NCBI GenBank assembly: GCA_904063045.1
Contig: CAJFCJ010000017.1
Location: 744,001 to 808,000, forward strand
DNA length: 64,000 nucleotides
Origin: Dimorphilus gyrociliatus
Lineage: Eukaryota > Animalia > Annelida
Direction of reading: 5' to 3'
Each line of letters starts with the position of its first letter. The stretch's first letter is position 1. The translations under genes were made by a program, and so were the position numbers. Shown here piece after piece: positions 53,301-64,000 of this stretch. Under the pieces are notes generated by a model. It did no database searches. It saw only the letters and a list, made by a program, of their open reading frames with translations, and was not told the origin of the DNA.

Positions 53301-55990
53301 TTACTGTTTGGAGGACAGCATCGCTCACCTGCTGATTTGGCTCCTCAGATTGTGTTATAGAAGTATCAAAAGATCGAAACGATGCATTGGTAAAGTCAGC
53401 ACTGTAAAAACTGTCAGCATCGTTTCCATTATATACTCCAGCAGATGGCAGAATGACAAGGCCATTTGCATCTAAGAATAGCGGCTTTTTGTCAGCATCA
53501 AAAACCTGTTCTCCATTTTGATCTAATAAAGGTCTGTACCCAATAGTCGTACTTGCAAGAGGCTGCGAGGAGGCTAAAACTGGTTTACCACTAGGATCAA
53601 TTATGGGTTGACCATTAGCATTTGTTGCAATTAATTTTCCAGTGTGCGTTATAAAAATAGGACGATCAAAGATATCAACTCCCTGAATGATCGTAACTGT
53701 TTCTTGCTGAGGTGGTGTTATTTGGAGATTCATTGGACGACCTTCGCCATCAAGAACAACTTTTCCATTCATATCTAATAAGAAAACTCGCCCTTTTGAA
53801 TCTACATATGGTTTATAACCTTGAAGTTTCAGCTGTTCTTCAACTTGCTCAGTAATGCCTGCATTCAGTCTCCTTGTCTTTTGAACTTCTTCTTTCTTTT
53901 TCTTCTTTTCTCTTTGTTTGTCAGCTTCTTTAGCCGCCTCTCTTTCTCGATCTTCTTGTTCAAGTTTTAAACGTTGTTGTTCCTGTTCGTATCTTATACG
54001 TTGCTCTTCTCTCTTTATTCTTTCTAATTCTTGTTTTCTTTTAGCTTTCTCTTCTTCTAGTCTTTTAATTTCCTCTTCTTGTTGTCTTAATCTTTCTTCC
54101 TCTTCCAATCTTCGCAATTCCTCTTCTTCTTGTCTCCTCCTTCGGAGTGTCTCTTCAGCTCGAAGTTTTTCTCTTTCTTTTTCTTCCTCCAATCTCTTTA
54201 ATTTTTCCTCAATTTTTTGCTTTTCTTCTTCTTCCTCTTTCATAAGAAGAATTAATCTATCTTGCCTCTTAGCTAACTCTTCTTCTAATTCCCGCTTTTT
54301 TCTATCTTCCGCGTCTCTTCTATCAAGTTCCTGTTTGTTTAACGATCTTTGAGGTCTTTCTGATCTGGTCTCTGACCTGGTCATTAGTGGTTCATATGCA
54401 GCACCCGTTCCTGTTGATGCATCGTGCAACTGAAGATTCGAAGTTTGAGTTGCATTTTCTCGACTAATATCTAAACCTCCCCTTTGCTTCGCGTCATTTG
54501 GGCCACTTTTCATAGTGCTAGTTTTGTTAGGCTTATTTTGTTGTGGTTGCTCAAATATAGAATTTATAGATGTTCCCGCTGTCATATTTGACATTCTATT
54601 ATGAGGTCTACTGCCGTAGTGGCTAGTATTATAATGTTCAGCTTCAGTGCCCATATAGGCAGAAGTGTCATGAGTTTTATTAAGATGGCGTTTTGAATTC
54701 GGCGAGTGTGTTGAATGATAAATGAGTTCTTTTGGAAGGGTCTGTAAAATAGTTATATTAAAAATTTGGTCAAAATAATTTTTAATCTACCTCTGATTCA
54801 GCAACACTGTATTCCCCAAGAATTTGCTGTAGTCTAACAGTATCCATAGAATTTGAAAGATCAGGATTTCGGGGTCTAGAATGCATAGCATTTTTCAACA
54901 GTTGTTGAGTTACTGTATCGTTCCTTGGTGTTACATCGATAGGTTTTTGCCCTTTAGAATTTTCAATAAAAGGGTTTGCTCCCAGAGCTAATAAAATCTC
55001 CACAATCCTTTGATAATGATTAGCAGCTGCTAAATGAAGAGCCGTCTCTCCATGGATATTTTTATCGTTAATTGCGACTCTATGTTTCAGTAGAATTCTT
55101 GCACAAGCAGTAAAATCATCCTTATCCCGCATTCCTTTTTGGGGTAACCATTCATTTAATACAACACAATGTAGAGGAGTATTTTCGTGGGAATCATTTA
55201 TATCTATGGCAGCGTTAAATTGTTCTATTAAAGCTTTCATGGCTTCTCTATGTCCATTTTCGGCAGTTATGTGAAGAGGAGTTTTTTCACGCCTATCTCC
55301 GAAACATGGCAATTTTATATTAACACAACTAATTTCTCTGGCAGAAAACAACTGTAACAAATGAATATGGCCTTCTCTCGCTGCAATATAGGGAGCAATA
55401 GCTCCATCTTGTCCTTTTTGAAAGACGTCTGCATTGTGATGCAATAATAGTCTAACTAATTGCAAATGGCCATATAAAGTAGCAGTATGTAACGGAGCAT
55501 TTTGTTTAGAGTCTGTTAACTGAGGATCAGCTCCTCTAGAAAGCAACATTCTTGCCATAATTCGGTCTGGTTTCTTAACGGCGATATGTAAGGGGGTCTC
55601 GCGATTATGATCACCAATGTTTGGGTTTGCACTCGCCAACAGTAACAATTCTACTGTTGCATAAAGACCTAAGTCAACACTTATATGTAAAGGGGTAAGT
55701 TTCTCTCGTCGTCTAGAGCTATAAACTGTTTGATGAACGTAATTTGGATCTACTCCTTTTTTCAAGAAATATTCCATTATTCTTGGATCTTCTTGTCGAG
55801 AGGCAAGTATAAGAGGACATGCGAATTTTTTAGTCGGCCTATGTTTGATATCAGCAATGACCAACTTTTGTATTTTATGTTCAGACTTTAATTCTTTCTC
55901 AAATATTGATTTAAGCTTTTCCAAATCATTTTCCCTTATCGCCTCCAAGATATCAGAGCCATAATCTTTAATTACGGTGGTGACACCCAT
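44384..55990 (-). CDS. Giant ankyrin-repeat / disordered / death-domain protein (~3,660 aa) ending in a class I PDZ ligand
   Basis: Phase-compatible exons 54791-55990 (about 9 ANK repeats), 46230-54741 (8,512 nt), 44478-45736 (death-domain-like VGSNWQDLAYSL..QMMRRWWKDRGQYATIEALKVGL) and 44384-44407 (YRHESTV*). The true start may lie upstream at 56484 (see findings). Confidence 0.85.
46519..47283 (-). repeat. Coding heptapeptide repeat array (L/F)-(I/V)-(N/D)-x-x-G-(Q/R)
   Basis: For example LINDQGQ x3, LINEKGQ, LVDEQGR and MINNRGQ; about 30 units in two blocks. Confidence 0.9.
49081..50960 (-). repeat. Dispersed coding repeat ET(N/D)(I/L)D(D/N/E)
   Basis: At least 15 copies counted in the translation, several followed by EP(R/K)SGR. 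Confidence 0.9.
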
Positions 55991-56208
55991 ATTTGAAGAG
56001 ATATTAAAGAGTTCCTTGTTGTTCAGTGATTCTCGTATTAGCTTCCAACGGTCGACTTGAGGTCTATTTAAAAGAAAGACAGAAAAGTTTACATCTAACA
56101 AATATAGTATAAAGTTATTTAACTAAGAAGGACAAGATTAAACAAATAAACACATTCACAAAGGGGTGTGGTCCTTTCAATTATCTCCTACAAGGAGGAT
56201 ACAGTTAC

Positions 56209-57473
56209 CATAAATTCACATAAAGTAGTTAATGGGAATTTTCCCTCTTGCCTAATAAAAATATGACTCTTTATGGCCAGTCAGTTTGTTCTATTATTAT
56301 ACCTTAAGATCTCTGCAGTATTTTCGACATTTACTGATTCATCCTGATTTAGATTCGTCTCTTTTGAAATCCAATTGGAGTTTTCTATCTTTTGATCTGA
56401 AGGAACTTTATGACCATACCGTTTATAAGCGAAAAGAGAGATTGAAAGAATTAAAGCTGATACTGCTAAAAGAACACCGAACATATAATTTGGTAGAGGG
56501 AATCAATCGTGCAATACTCGAAATTGAAGCAAATATAGACTGTTCTAGGTGAATAAAGTCAGAATGATCGTCTGTTTGCTATAGCATTCCAATAATAGGC
56601 CACTTAGGCCGACAGGTAAGAGATAGGAATTCTTATCACAGATAAGCTTTGATAATGGAGCGTCTTTCCGTAACCAATCAAGAATGGGATATAGTTAGGA
56701 TGATATATAAAGTACACTTTTATATCTATTAATAAATTAAACATTCTCTTTCATAAAGAATGTATGAAATATAACTAATATTGGCTAATAATCGAAGATA
56801 AAAGCTATTTTTAAAAAAGTGAATGTTTTACATACCGTTGCAAGATTCAAGGATATTCTTTACGCATAAATATTTCTATCAATAAGATACAATTGAGCAA
56901 ATAAAGCTCTTAAACAGATTATAATTCGGTGTCCGTTAATAAGTTCTTTAGTTTCTTTAAATAAATCCTTATTGTTGTATTTAAAATTCTAGTATATTTT
57001 AACAACGAACATATTGTGAATGTTCTGGTCATTGACTAAGGTGTGAGAACAATGATTTCTAACGCTTTTTTGAGTAATGGGGAATTCCCTAAGTGCTTTG
57101 CGCTGGCACACACTTTTTTCATAAACTTTTCTCAGATAAGGAAGATAAGTCATTGGAAAGGAATGCAAATCAATTAATCTCAGAATATTTTATATGAGCA
57201 AACGGTATAACTACATTTTAACAAAATCATGTTACAGGGCTAAATTTTAAATGGCAAAATAAACAACTATATTTTTTTAGTATTACACATTCTATGGAAC
57301 CTTAAGGCTTGATTATACAATAATACACAATGCCAATTTAAAACAACCAAGAAGATAACGCTAGGGCTCAATAATAAACAGAAGCTCACCTTTGCCTATA
57401 TTCGTTAGGATCTATTTACCTGTACAAGACTATCTACCATTCTATACGTTTTGGGTGAAAGCGGTATATCTCT
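56209..57473. other. Unresolved putative coding exons between the ankyrin gene and the TGN38-like gene
   Basis: Overlapping ORFs on both strands (56281-56484 minus, 56286-56552 plus) and several splice-like sites, but no single consistent gene model. Promoter-like motifs at 57527-57558. Confidence 0.3.
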
Positions 57474-57777
57474 ATTGCATGTATGATTCGCTTAATTCAC
57501 TATGTCACACCTGAAAAAAAACATAGTGCGCATGCTCACATGATTGCAGCTCCGTCTACAAATATAAAGCAATTTCAAACTTTTTATTTTGAACATTTTT
57601 TAAAAAACGAGCAGTTGTATTTAATTTATAGAACAAAAAAGCAAATCAAATATTTGTAAATAGATCAGTTAATTTGAAGAAATGCTCAAATACTATTGAG
57701 CAATCAAAATATAAAAAATAAAAACCTCAAATGGTACAAAAGATGTGCTCTTAAAAATTCAACTTATTTTTGGAAAT

Positions 57778-59978
57778 TCAATAGACATATTCTTTAGCAC
57801 TTTTTGGCGGACCGGGTGTAGCCAGAGTTTCTTGCATATTTGCTTCTAATTTATGATACCTAGTTGACTCGCTTCTTTTACCTTTATATTGCTTTCTACC
57901 TTCAATAATAAACCCTAAGATCTGAAACATTATCAATTTAAAATTGAACAAAAGTACTTTTCTTACAAACTTTTCGTCTATTATGATATGTTATATAGCC
58001 ACAAATGGCTAGTACCACAACAGTCACCAGATATGCCATAAACCTACTGGAACTTTCCTTTTCTACATCTTCTGTAGGTTTTTTCAAGTAGTTTTCTATG
58101 AAAAAATTAATGCACAAAAAAAACAAAATTAAATGAGGCAAATACATAAAAATCACTCGTGCAACATGGAAAGTTTATCTATAAAATTCTTTTAACATTT
58201 AAAAAAATATATCAAACCTGGTATCTTTGAATTTTCTGCAGGAATAGGATTTGGTATATCTTTTGGTTGGCCATCTATGCAAATGAAAAGTAGATACTAA
58301 ATAATCACGATCTAAAATGATATTTATTGAATGGTATTTAAAAATATAAAACCTGTTTCTGTTCCTTTTGGTTGATCATGATCTTTTTCTGTTTCTTTTG
58401 GTTGATCAGAACCTTTTTCTGTTTCTTTTGGTTGATCACCTACTTTTGGTTGATCAGGACCTTTTTCTGTTCCTTTTGGTTGATCAAAACCTGTTCCTAC
58501 TTTTGGTTGATCAGGACCTTTTTCTGTTTCTTTTGGTTGATCAGAACCTTTTTCTGTTTCTTTTGGTTGATCACCTACTTTTGGTTGATCAGGACCTTTT
58601 TCTGTTTCTTTTGGTTGATCAAAACCTGTTCCTACTTTTGGTTGATCAGAACCTTTTTCTGTTTCTTTTGGTTGATCAAAACCTGTTCCTACTTTTGGTT
58701 GATCAGAACCTTTTTCTGTTTCTTTTGGTTGATCAGAACCTGTACCTAATTTTGGTTGATCAGAACCTTTTTCTGCTTCTTTTGGTTGATCAGAACCTGT
58801 TCCTACTTTTGGTTGATCAGAACCTTTTTCTGCTTCTTTTGGTTGATCAAAACCTGTTCCTACTTTTGGTAGATCAGGACCTTTTTCTGTTTCTTTTGGT
58901 TGATCAGAACCTGTTCCTACTTTTGGTTGATCAGAACCTTTTTCTGTTTCTTTTGGTTGATCAGAACCTTTTTCTGCTTCTTTTGGTTGATCAGAACCTG
59001 TTCCTACTTTTGGTTGATCAGAACCTTTTTCTGCTTCTTTTGGTTGATCAAAACCTGTTCCTACTTTTGGTAGATCAGGACCTTTTTCTGTTTCTTTTGG
59101 TTGATCAGAACCTGTTCCTACTTTTGGTAGATCAGGACCTTTTTCTGTTTCTTTTGGTTGATCAGAACCTTTTTCTGTTTCTTTTGGTTGATCAGAACCT
59201 TTTTCTGTTTCTTTTGGTTGATCACCTACTTTTGGTTGATCAGGACCTTTTTCTGTTTCTTTTGGTTGATCAGAACCTTTTTCTGTTTCTTTTGGTTGAT
59301 CACCTACTTTTGGTTGATCAGGACCTTTTTCTGTTTCTTTTGGTTGATCAGAACCTTTTTCTGTTTCTTTTGGTTGATCAGAACCTGTTCCTACTTTTGG
59401 TTGATCAGAACCTTTTTCTGCTTCTTTTGGTTGATCAAAACCTGTGCCTACTTTTGGTTGATCAGGACCTTTTTCTGTTTCTTTTGGTTGATCAGAACCT
59501 TTTTCTGCTTCTTTTGGTTGATCAGAACCTGTTCCTACTTTTGGTTGATCAGAACCTTTTTCTGCTTCTTTTGGTTTATCAAAACCTGTTCCTACTTTTG
59601 GTTGATCAGAACCTTTTTCTGTTTCTTTTGGTTGATCAGGACCTTTAAAAAGTAAACATAAAGATATTCATATTGTCAATTGTTGAAGAAAAATGAATAT
59701 ATGCTAAATTTATTTTTTCCTAAAATTATTACAAATATATTTAAGTTTGTTTTGTTGAAATGAATGCTGGCAAAAAGATTTTTATTTTTTCCTCAAATTT
59801 TGTTACATACCATTTTTGTTGTTTTTATATAGAGCATTTGAACTAATTTTTTAGTCGTTTTCTGTAATTGCTTACCACTGATTGTGTGACTTGAATCAGC
59901 GTGATGAAATGGTAAGAAGGTTGTTGTGAGAACAGTTAAAATTATAATAGTTTCCCGGCGTAATAAGGAAATTTTCAT
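57778..59978 (-). CDS. TGOLN2: TGN38/TGOLN2-KCT2(C5orf15)-family type I membrane protein (~572 aa)
   Basis: Exons 59876-59978, 58353-59642, 58218-58274, 57971-58095 and 57778-57921. Signal peptide, then a repeat ectodomain. [37 protein letters not shown] matches the family TM/HNKRK signature. The tail has YHKL (YxxPhi) and ends EYVY*. Confidence 0.88.
58368..59645 (-). repeat. Coding minisatellite: 45 units of 30, 27 or 18 nt around a DQPK core
   Basis: 27 x 30-nt (GSDQPKETEK/EAEK), 14 x 27-nt (GSDQPKVGT) and 4 x 18-nt (DQPKVG) units; all lengths are multiples of 3 and the reading frame stays open. Confidence 0.97.
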
Positions 59979-60407
59979 GATTACACGTAGCTGAGTCTAA
60001 TCTATAAAAACTGGTGGAAAAGCGAAAAATATTCCTTATGAAAGAGTTGAGTGTCCACTGACAACAAAATAAACGAATAGCTCCAGTACTGCAAAAAGAG
60101 CTTTGTTGTTCTCAATATTTTTTAGGGGACAGTTATGTGTATTAATTTTTATGATTTATAAAATCTTAAATCTTTTTGTAAAGGATTTTCTTTTCCTTTC
60201 GTTTTCTGAATTTTTTGACACGTCTTGCGTGTAGATGTTTTTAACATAAATTGTTTCCTCTTATGGAAATAAACGAATATTTGTACTTTATATATTAATA
60301 TATTAAACTAATTTTTAAAGCTTTTTTCTCGTTTTGATGAATTTAAACTAAAATTTTTTTTCAAAGAAGATAACATTAAAATTTAGAATATTTGTTTTAG
60401 TGATTCA

Positions 60408-63400
60408 TTATAGTGATTTATTTACGAAATCCTCTCTAGCTGTAAGAATAGCTATTTGTCTTTCAAGCTTTACTTTAAGCAAACGACGCTTTAATCTTCT
60501 TAACAACCATAAGCTAAAACACCAAGTCATACTAAACAAAATTAAGCAGGAAATAATTGTTAAAGACAATAATATATTAAAAATAGGCCCTCGGTAATAT
60601 CTATAATCAAAAGATTTTCCAGAGCAAGCTAATTCTCGCCTTACTGGAGGAGGGGATTGACAATATCGCTTCCTTACTTGAAGGCCTAATGACAATACAA
60701 CATATTCGTTTTTAGAAATTTCTTTACAAGCTTCCAAAGTTTCTTTAGTTTTGTTCCGCGTTCCGCAATATGACCAACCTGTCCATGTTGTCCAAAAGCC
60801 TTTATAGGGCCTCCAACAGATTGATTGTTTCTTCTCATGGCAATTCGTTCTGCTTAACTTATAACTATTGTTCTTCTTGAATACTACAGTCACACAATTT
60901 CCATCTTTAGAGTTAAGTTTCTTGCGAAGTTTGTGGTCATCGTACCATACCATATTATCCCAAACTAACAAATTTTTATAGAATATTTTAATTGATGTCC
61001 AACTTTCCAATTCTCCAAATGTATCATAAATATATCGGGGAAGCTCTAATTGACTTATTTCATCTGATATTTTAATTAGTTGCATATTTATTCTTTTACA
61101 AGACTCAATAGCTGCTGTTTTATTTAAAGTACCAATATTTGCCAAGCAAATTCCAGTATTGTTATTTTGTAATAGAGTAGGCCTTTTTAGTGAGCATAAA
61201 TTATTCGAACCGTCACCAAAAGAAGGTGAACATACGCCATTGGATTTTCTATATATTGTTGAATCTGTCATATCGAATGCGCAAGGTTTGCTAGAGGTAA
61301 AACATATTCTACCTTCCTCAGTGTCTTTGAGAACAGCTTCAGTGCAATTTTTAAGTTTTAAACATGTATTTATGCAATCTTGTTCCGTTATTACGTCTTT
61401 TTGCTTTCTTATATATATTGAAGCTGTTTTTTTATGACAAATGTCTTTTATTGTCGAATCCACCAAATTCATTTTTGCGGTATTATCAATATTTAAATTT
61501 AAACAAGCCATATTTTGTTTTTCTATTCTCGAACCTGTGAAGAACAAGGGATATGGCGGTGGATCATTATATTCACGTGTTCTAAACCTAAGATTAGAAT
61601 CTGTATCATTCTGACAACTACACTCTGACCATTCTGACCAAACTGACCAATCTCCAAAAAGAGGTCGATAACATACAACAGTATTTTTTTCTGTGCAGTT
61701 TGTTCTCTTTATCAAGGTAGTAGAAGAAGACGATCTAATAAAACAATCTTTATCTTTTGTATCTCTATTTCCCAGTAAATTAATACCCTGAACTCTTCTT
61801 AGCTTTTTATTAAAATTGCTGTCGTAAAAGAATTGACCGTTAATCACTTTAACCGCTACCCATATGTTCTTGCCGTTTAATTCTTCTGCTAGTGAAAAAC
61901 TCATTTGCCGTAACACGTTCATTTCATTAGTTTTACAAAACTTCAATGATTCTTTATAGTCTAGATTCTCTTCAAGAAGAAGACACCAACCATTTTCTTT
62001 GTCAAACTTATAACTCTTTTCAGCCAAATCAGTTGCTCTTCTGCAAAATCTATAAGTTTTAATATATATAAATACGCCTGGTGGTATATATCGTATTCTA
62101 TCACTTTTATCATCATCACAACTCCGCTGAGGAATCCTACATCGAATTCGATTTTCTACAAACACAACCAGAAAACTTCGACAGTCCGAGAATTTTGTAC
62201 ACTCCTTTGCACATTCGTCAACAGACTGCACTGTCTTTCTTATTTGACTTAAATCTTCTAATAGACTGAAATGTTTACAAGTTCGGTCTGATAGTTTCAA
62301 TTTACCAGGTTTGTAGATTTCGAAAGTATAATAATTGTATTCGCCGAATTGGCTTCTTTCCAAATGCTGATATAAGTTTCTAGGAATAATACGAGAATCT
62401 TTGAACGAGCACCAAATTTGAATTCCCAAATTCTTAAAACAATTCGATCTTCTTTTTATTCCTTTATGTTGAAAGAAATGAGCAGCTGAAGCATAATCTT
62501 TAGAAAAAATATCTAAATCTAAGTTTAACGTAAATTTACGAAACTTTCTCGGTATAACAACATTTAAAAAATGTTTGTAAGATAAACCAAAAGAATAACA
62601 TATACTTTCAACAACTGATTTAGTTTTCAAATCAATATTTTCGGCTCCGGTAGGTAGAGTTAAACAAATAGGACTCCACATACCTTTCCACTTAACATTA
62701 AGCATACCGCAAAATATATCTTCATTACCTCCCTCAAACTGTATCATACTACAATTAAATGAGCTGTATTGTTTTAAACTTAGAAGATGATCTATTGAGT
62801 TAAGCTGTGTTATTCCTTCACTTGACGAAGATATTAAAGACTTTTTAACCTCATTAGTGTTTTTACTAGAAGGAATTTCGTTGTAAGGGGGATAGCATGA
62901 ATTTTCAGAGCAACTCTTTCCCAAATCGGAGAATTGAAGCTAGAATATATTTTAGTTAATATATTTGTAAATATATATACTACAACAACACTTAAATACT
63001 TTACATAACTCTGTTTCTCTTTTATTTCTCTTGAAAATAGTTTAAATAGAGCGCTTTGTTCCCATCCAAAGCGAGGCCTATAACAAATTGCTGTAAGCCT
63101 AGTTTTACATGTTGTAATATTTGAAAAATTTGCAAATTTTGTTTTCTGATATCTATTTCTATGTCTCGTATCATTCTTATAAAGAAGGTGTGTTGAAAAA
63201 CAGTTTCCATTGTCTAAAGATTGAATGGGAAATGTGAGAGAGTCGATTTTATTACCTCGTCTTCCTTTCATCTTATCATAAGTATTCTCCCAATAATAGC
63301 CACTGCCAACTCTTGTTGCTCCCACCCAAATATATTCTCCTTCTGAGAAAAATGTTGAAATGTAGTTGAGTAGGTTTTTATTAAGCATAATAAGACTCAT

Positions 63401-64000
63401 GTTTAAATGATTGCATTCTTTTATACCATTTTGATAAGTTACACTTGGTAAGACAACTAGGCAACTTTCTGATATAGCATCATGATAATATCTTATATAT
63501 CTCGAAGAATAATCCCCACAAAATCTAGCAGTTTTTTTATATACATACTGTCCAGGTGCCAAATAGCTGTAAATAGGTAGAGGCTTCCTGAAGCCATCAG
63601 AGTCTAAATCTAAAATATCTGGACAGTGATGATTAGTTCTATAACACACTCCCCTACCCATCGGCAATATAGAACCAACGAAAAGAAAAGCTTTGCACAT
63701 ATCATCCGAAGCACAACTGGAGCTGCACTGTTTAATCGTCATTGAACTATCATAGGAATCTCGAGGATTTCTCCCAATAACATAATCATATATTAGTTGT
63801 GTAGGCCCGCAATATCTCCAGGAAAAATACTCTCCAGGTCGATAGAATTGCATACTGTAATCGAAAATATTAATATGCATATCTGGATATTCTTTATGAT
63901 CATCGCATGATACAAAAAGTGCTGATTTTCTATTGCAAGTTTTAGATCTTGGTATTCTCATCAATTCAAGGTAGTGCCGACTAGACATTCTAAAGTTGTA
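60408..64000 (-). CDS. Mosaic type I membrane receptor (SRCR-like, PAN/apple, C-type-lectin-like and TSP1 modules); 5' end beyond the window
   Basis: The frame is open to base 64000. A 65-nt phase-0 intron (62940-63004) joins the two track ORFs. SRCR-like GMLNVKWKGMWSPIC..ICYSFG; PAN-like ECAKECTKFSDCRSF; CTL-like IWVGATR and IWVAVK; TSP1 WSVWSEWSEC and WTTWTGWSYC..RKRYC; TM segment ILLSLTIISCLILFSMTWCFSLWLL followed by RRLKRR. Confidence 0.88.

Noticed and set aside
56549-57473. A multi-exon transmembrane gene on the minus strand continuing upstream of 56484
   Set aside because: On rechecking the frame, a TGA lies 18 nt upstream of ATG 56484, and the candidate upstream exons do not join it in phase; left unresolved.
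58368-59655. Plus-strand ORFs of 426, 125 and 165 aa (L/F/W-rich), and a CRISPR-like look of the array
   Set aside because: They are antisense shadows of the DQPK coding repeat on the minus strand. There are no unique spacers or cas genes, and the context is eukaryotic.

Overview
Eukaryotic (metazoan) genomic DNA, roughly 70% AT by eye, very gene-dense, with most introns about 50-70 nt. I reconstructed 17 protein-coding genes by hand, joining phase-compatible GT-AG exons that the ORF track misses: PRPF19, a 3-Ig single-pass adhesion protein, a short neuropeptide-like precursor, Merlin/NF2, a C2H2 zinc-finger protein, DUSP12, two tandem spartin paralogues, an orphan coiled-coil protein, an MAO-like flavin oxidase, ARL2, OXSR1/STK39, SF3A3, UGP2, TMEM260, a giant ankyrin/death-domain protein, a TGN38/KCT2-family protein with a tandem-repeat ectodomain, and a 5'-truncated SRCR/PAN/C-lectin/TSP1 receptor. 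The gene set and compaction suggest a compact spiralian genome such as a meiofaunal annelid (inference only). No tRNA, rRNA, CRISPR array or recognisable transposon was found. Highlights: (1) a 78-aa prepropeptide releasing TNCFDLSDMCCLWNVCPNN, whose CLWNVC ring resembles molluscan/vertebrate urotensin II but has Lys changed to Asn and two extra Cys; (2) a ~3,660-aa ankyrin + 8.5-kb single exon + death domain + PDZ-ligand protein with several internal repeat families; (3) CTCF-core-like motifs at most promoters; (4) a U12-type intron in UGP2; (5) a MIT-less spartin duplicate. Domain and family names come from motif recall, not database searches.
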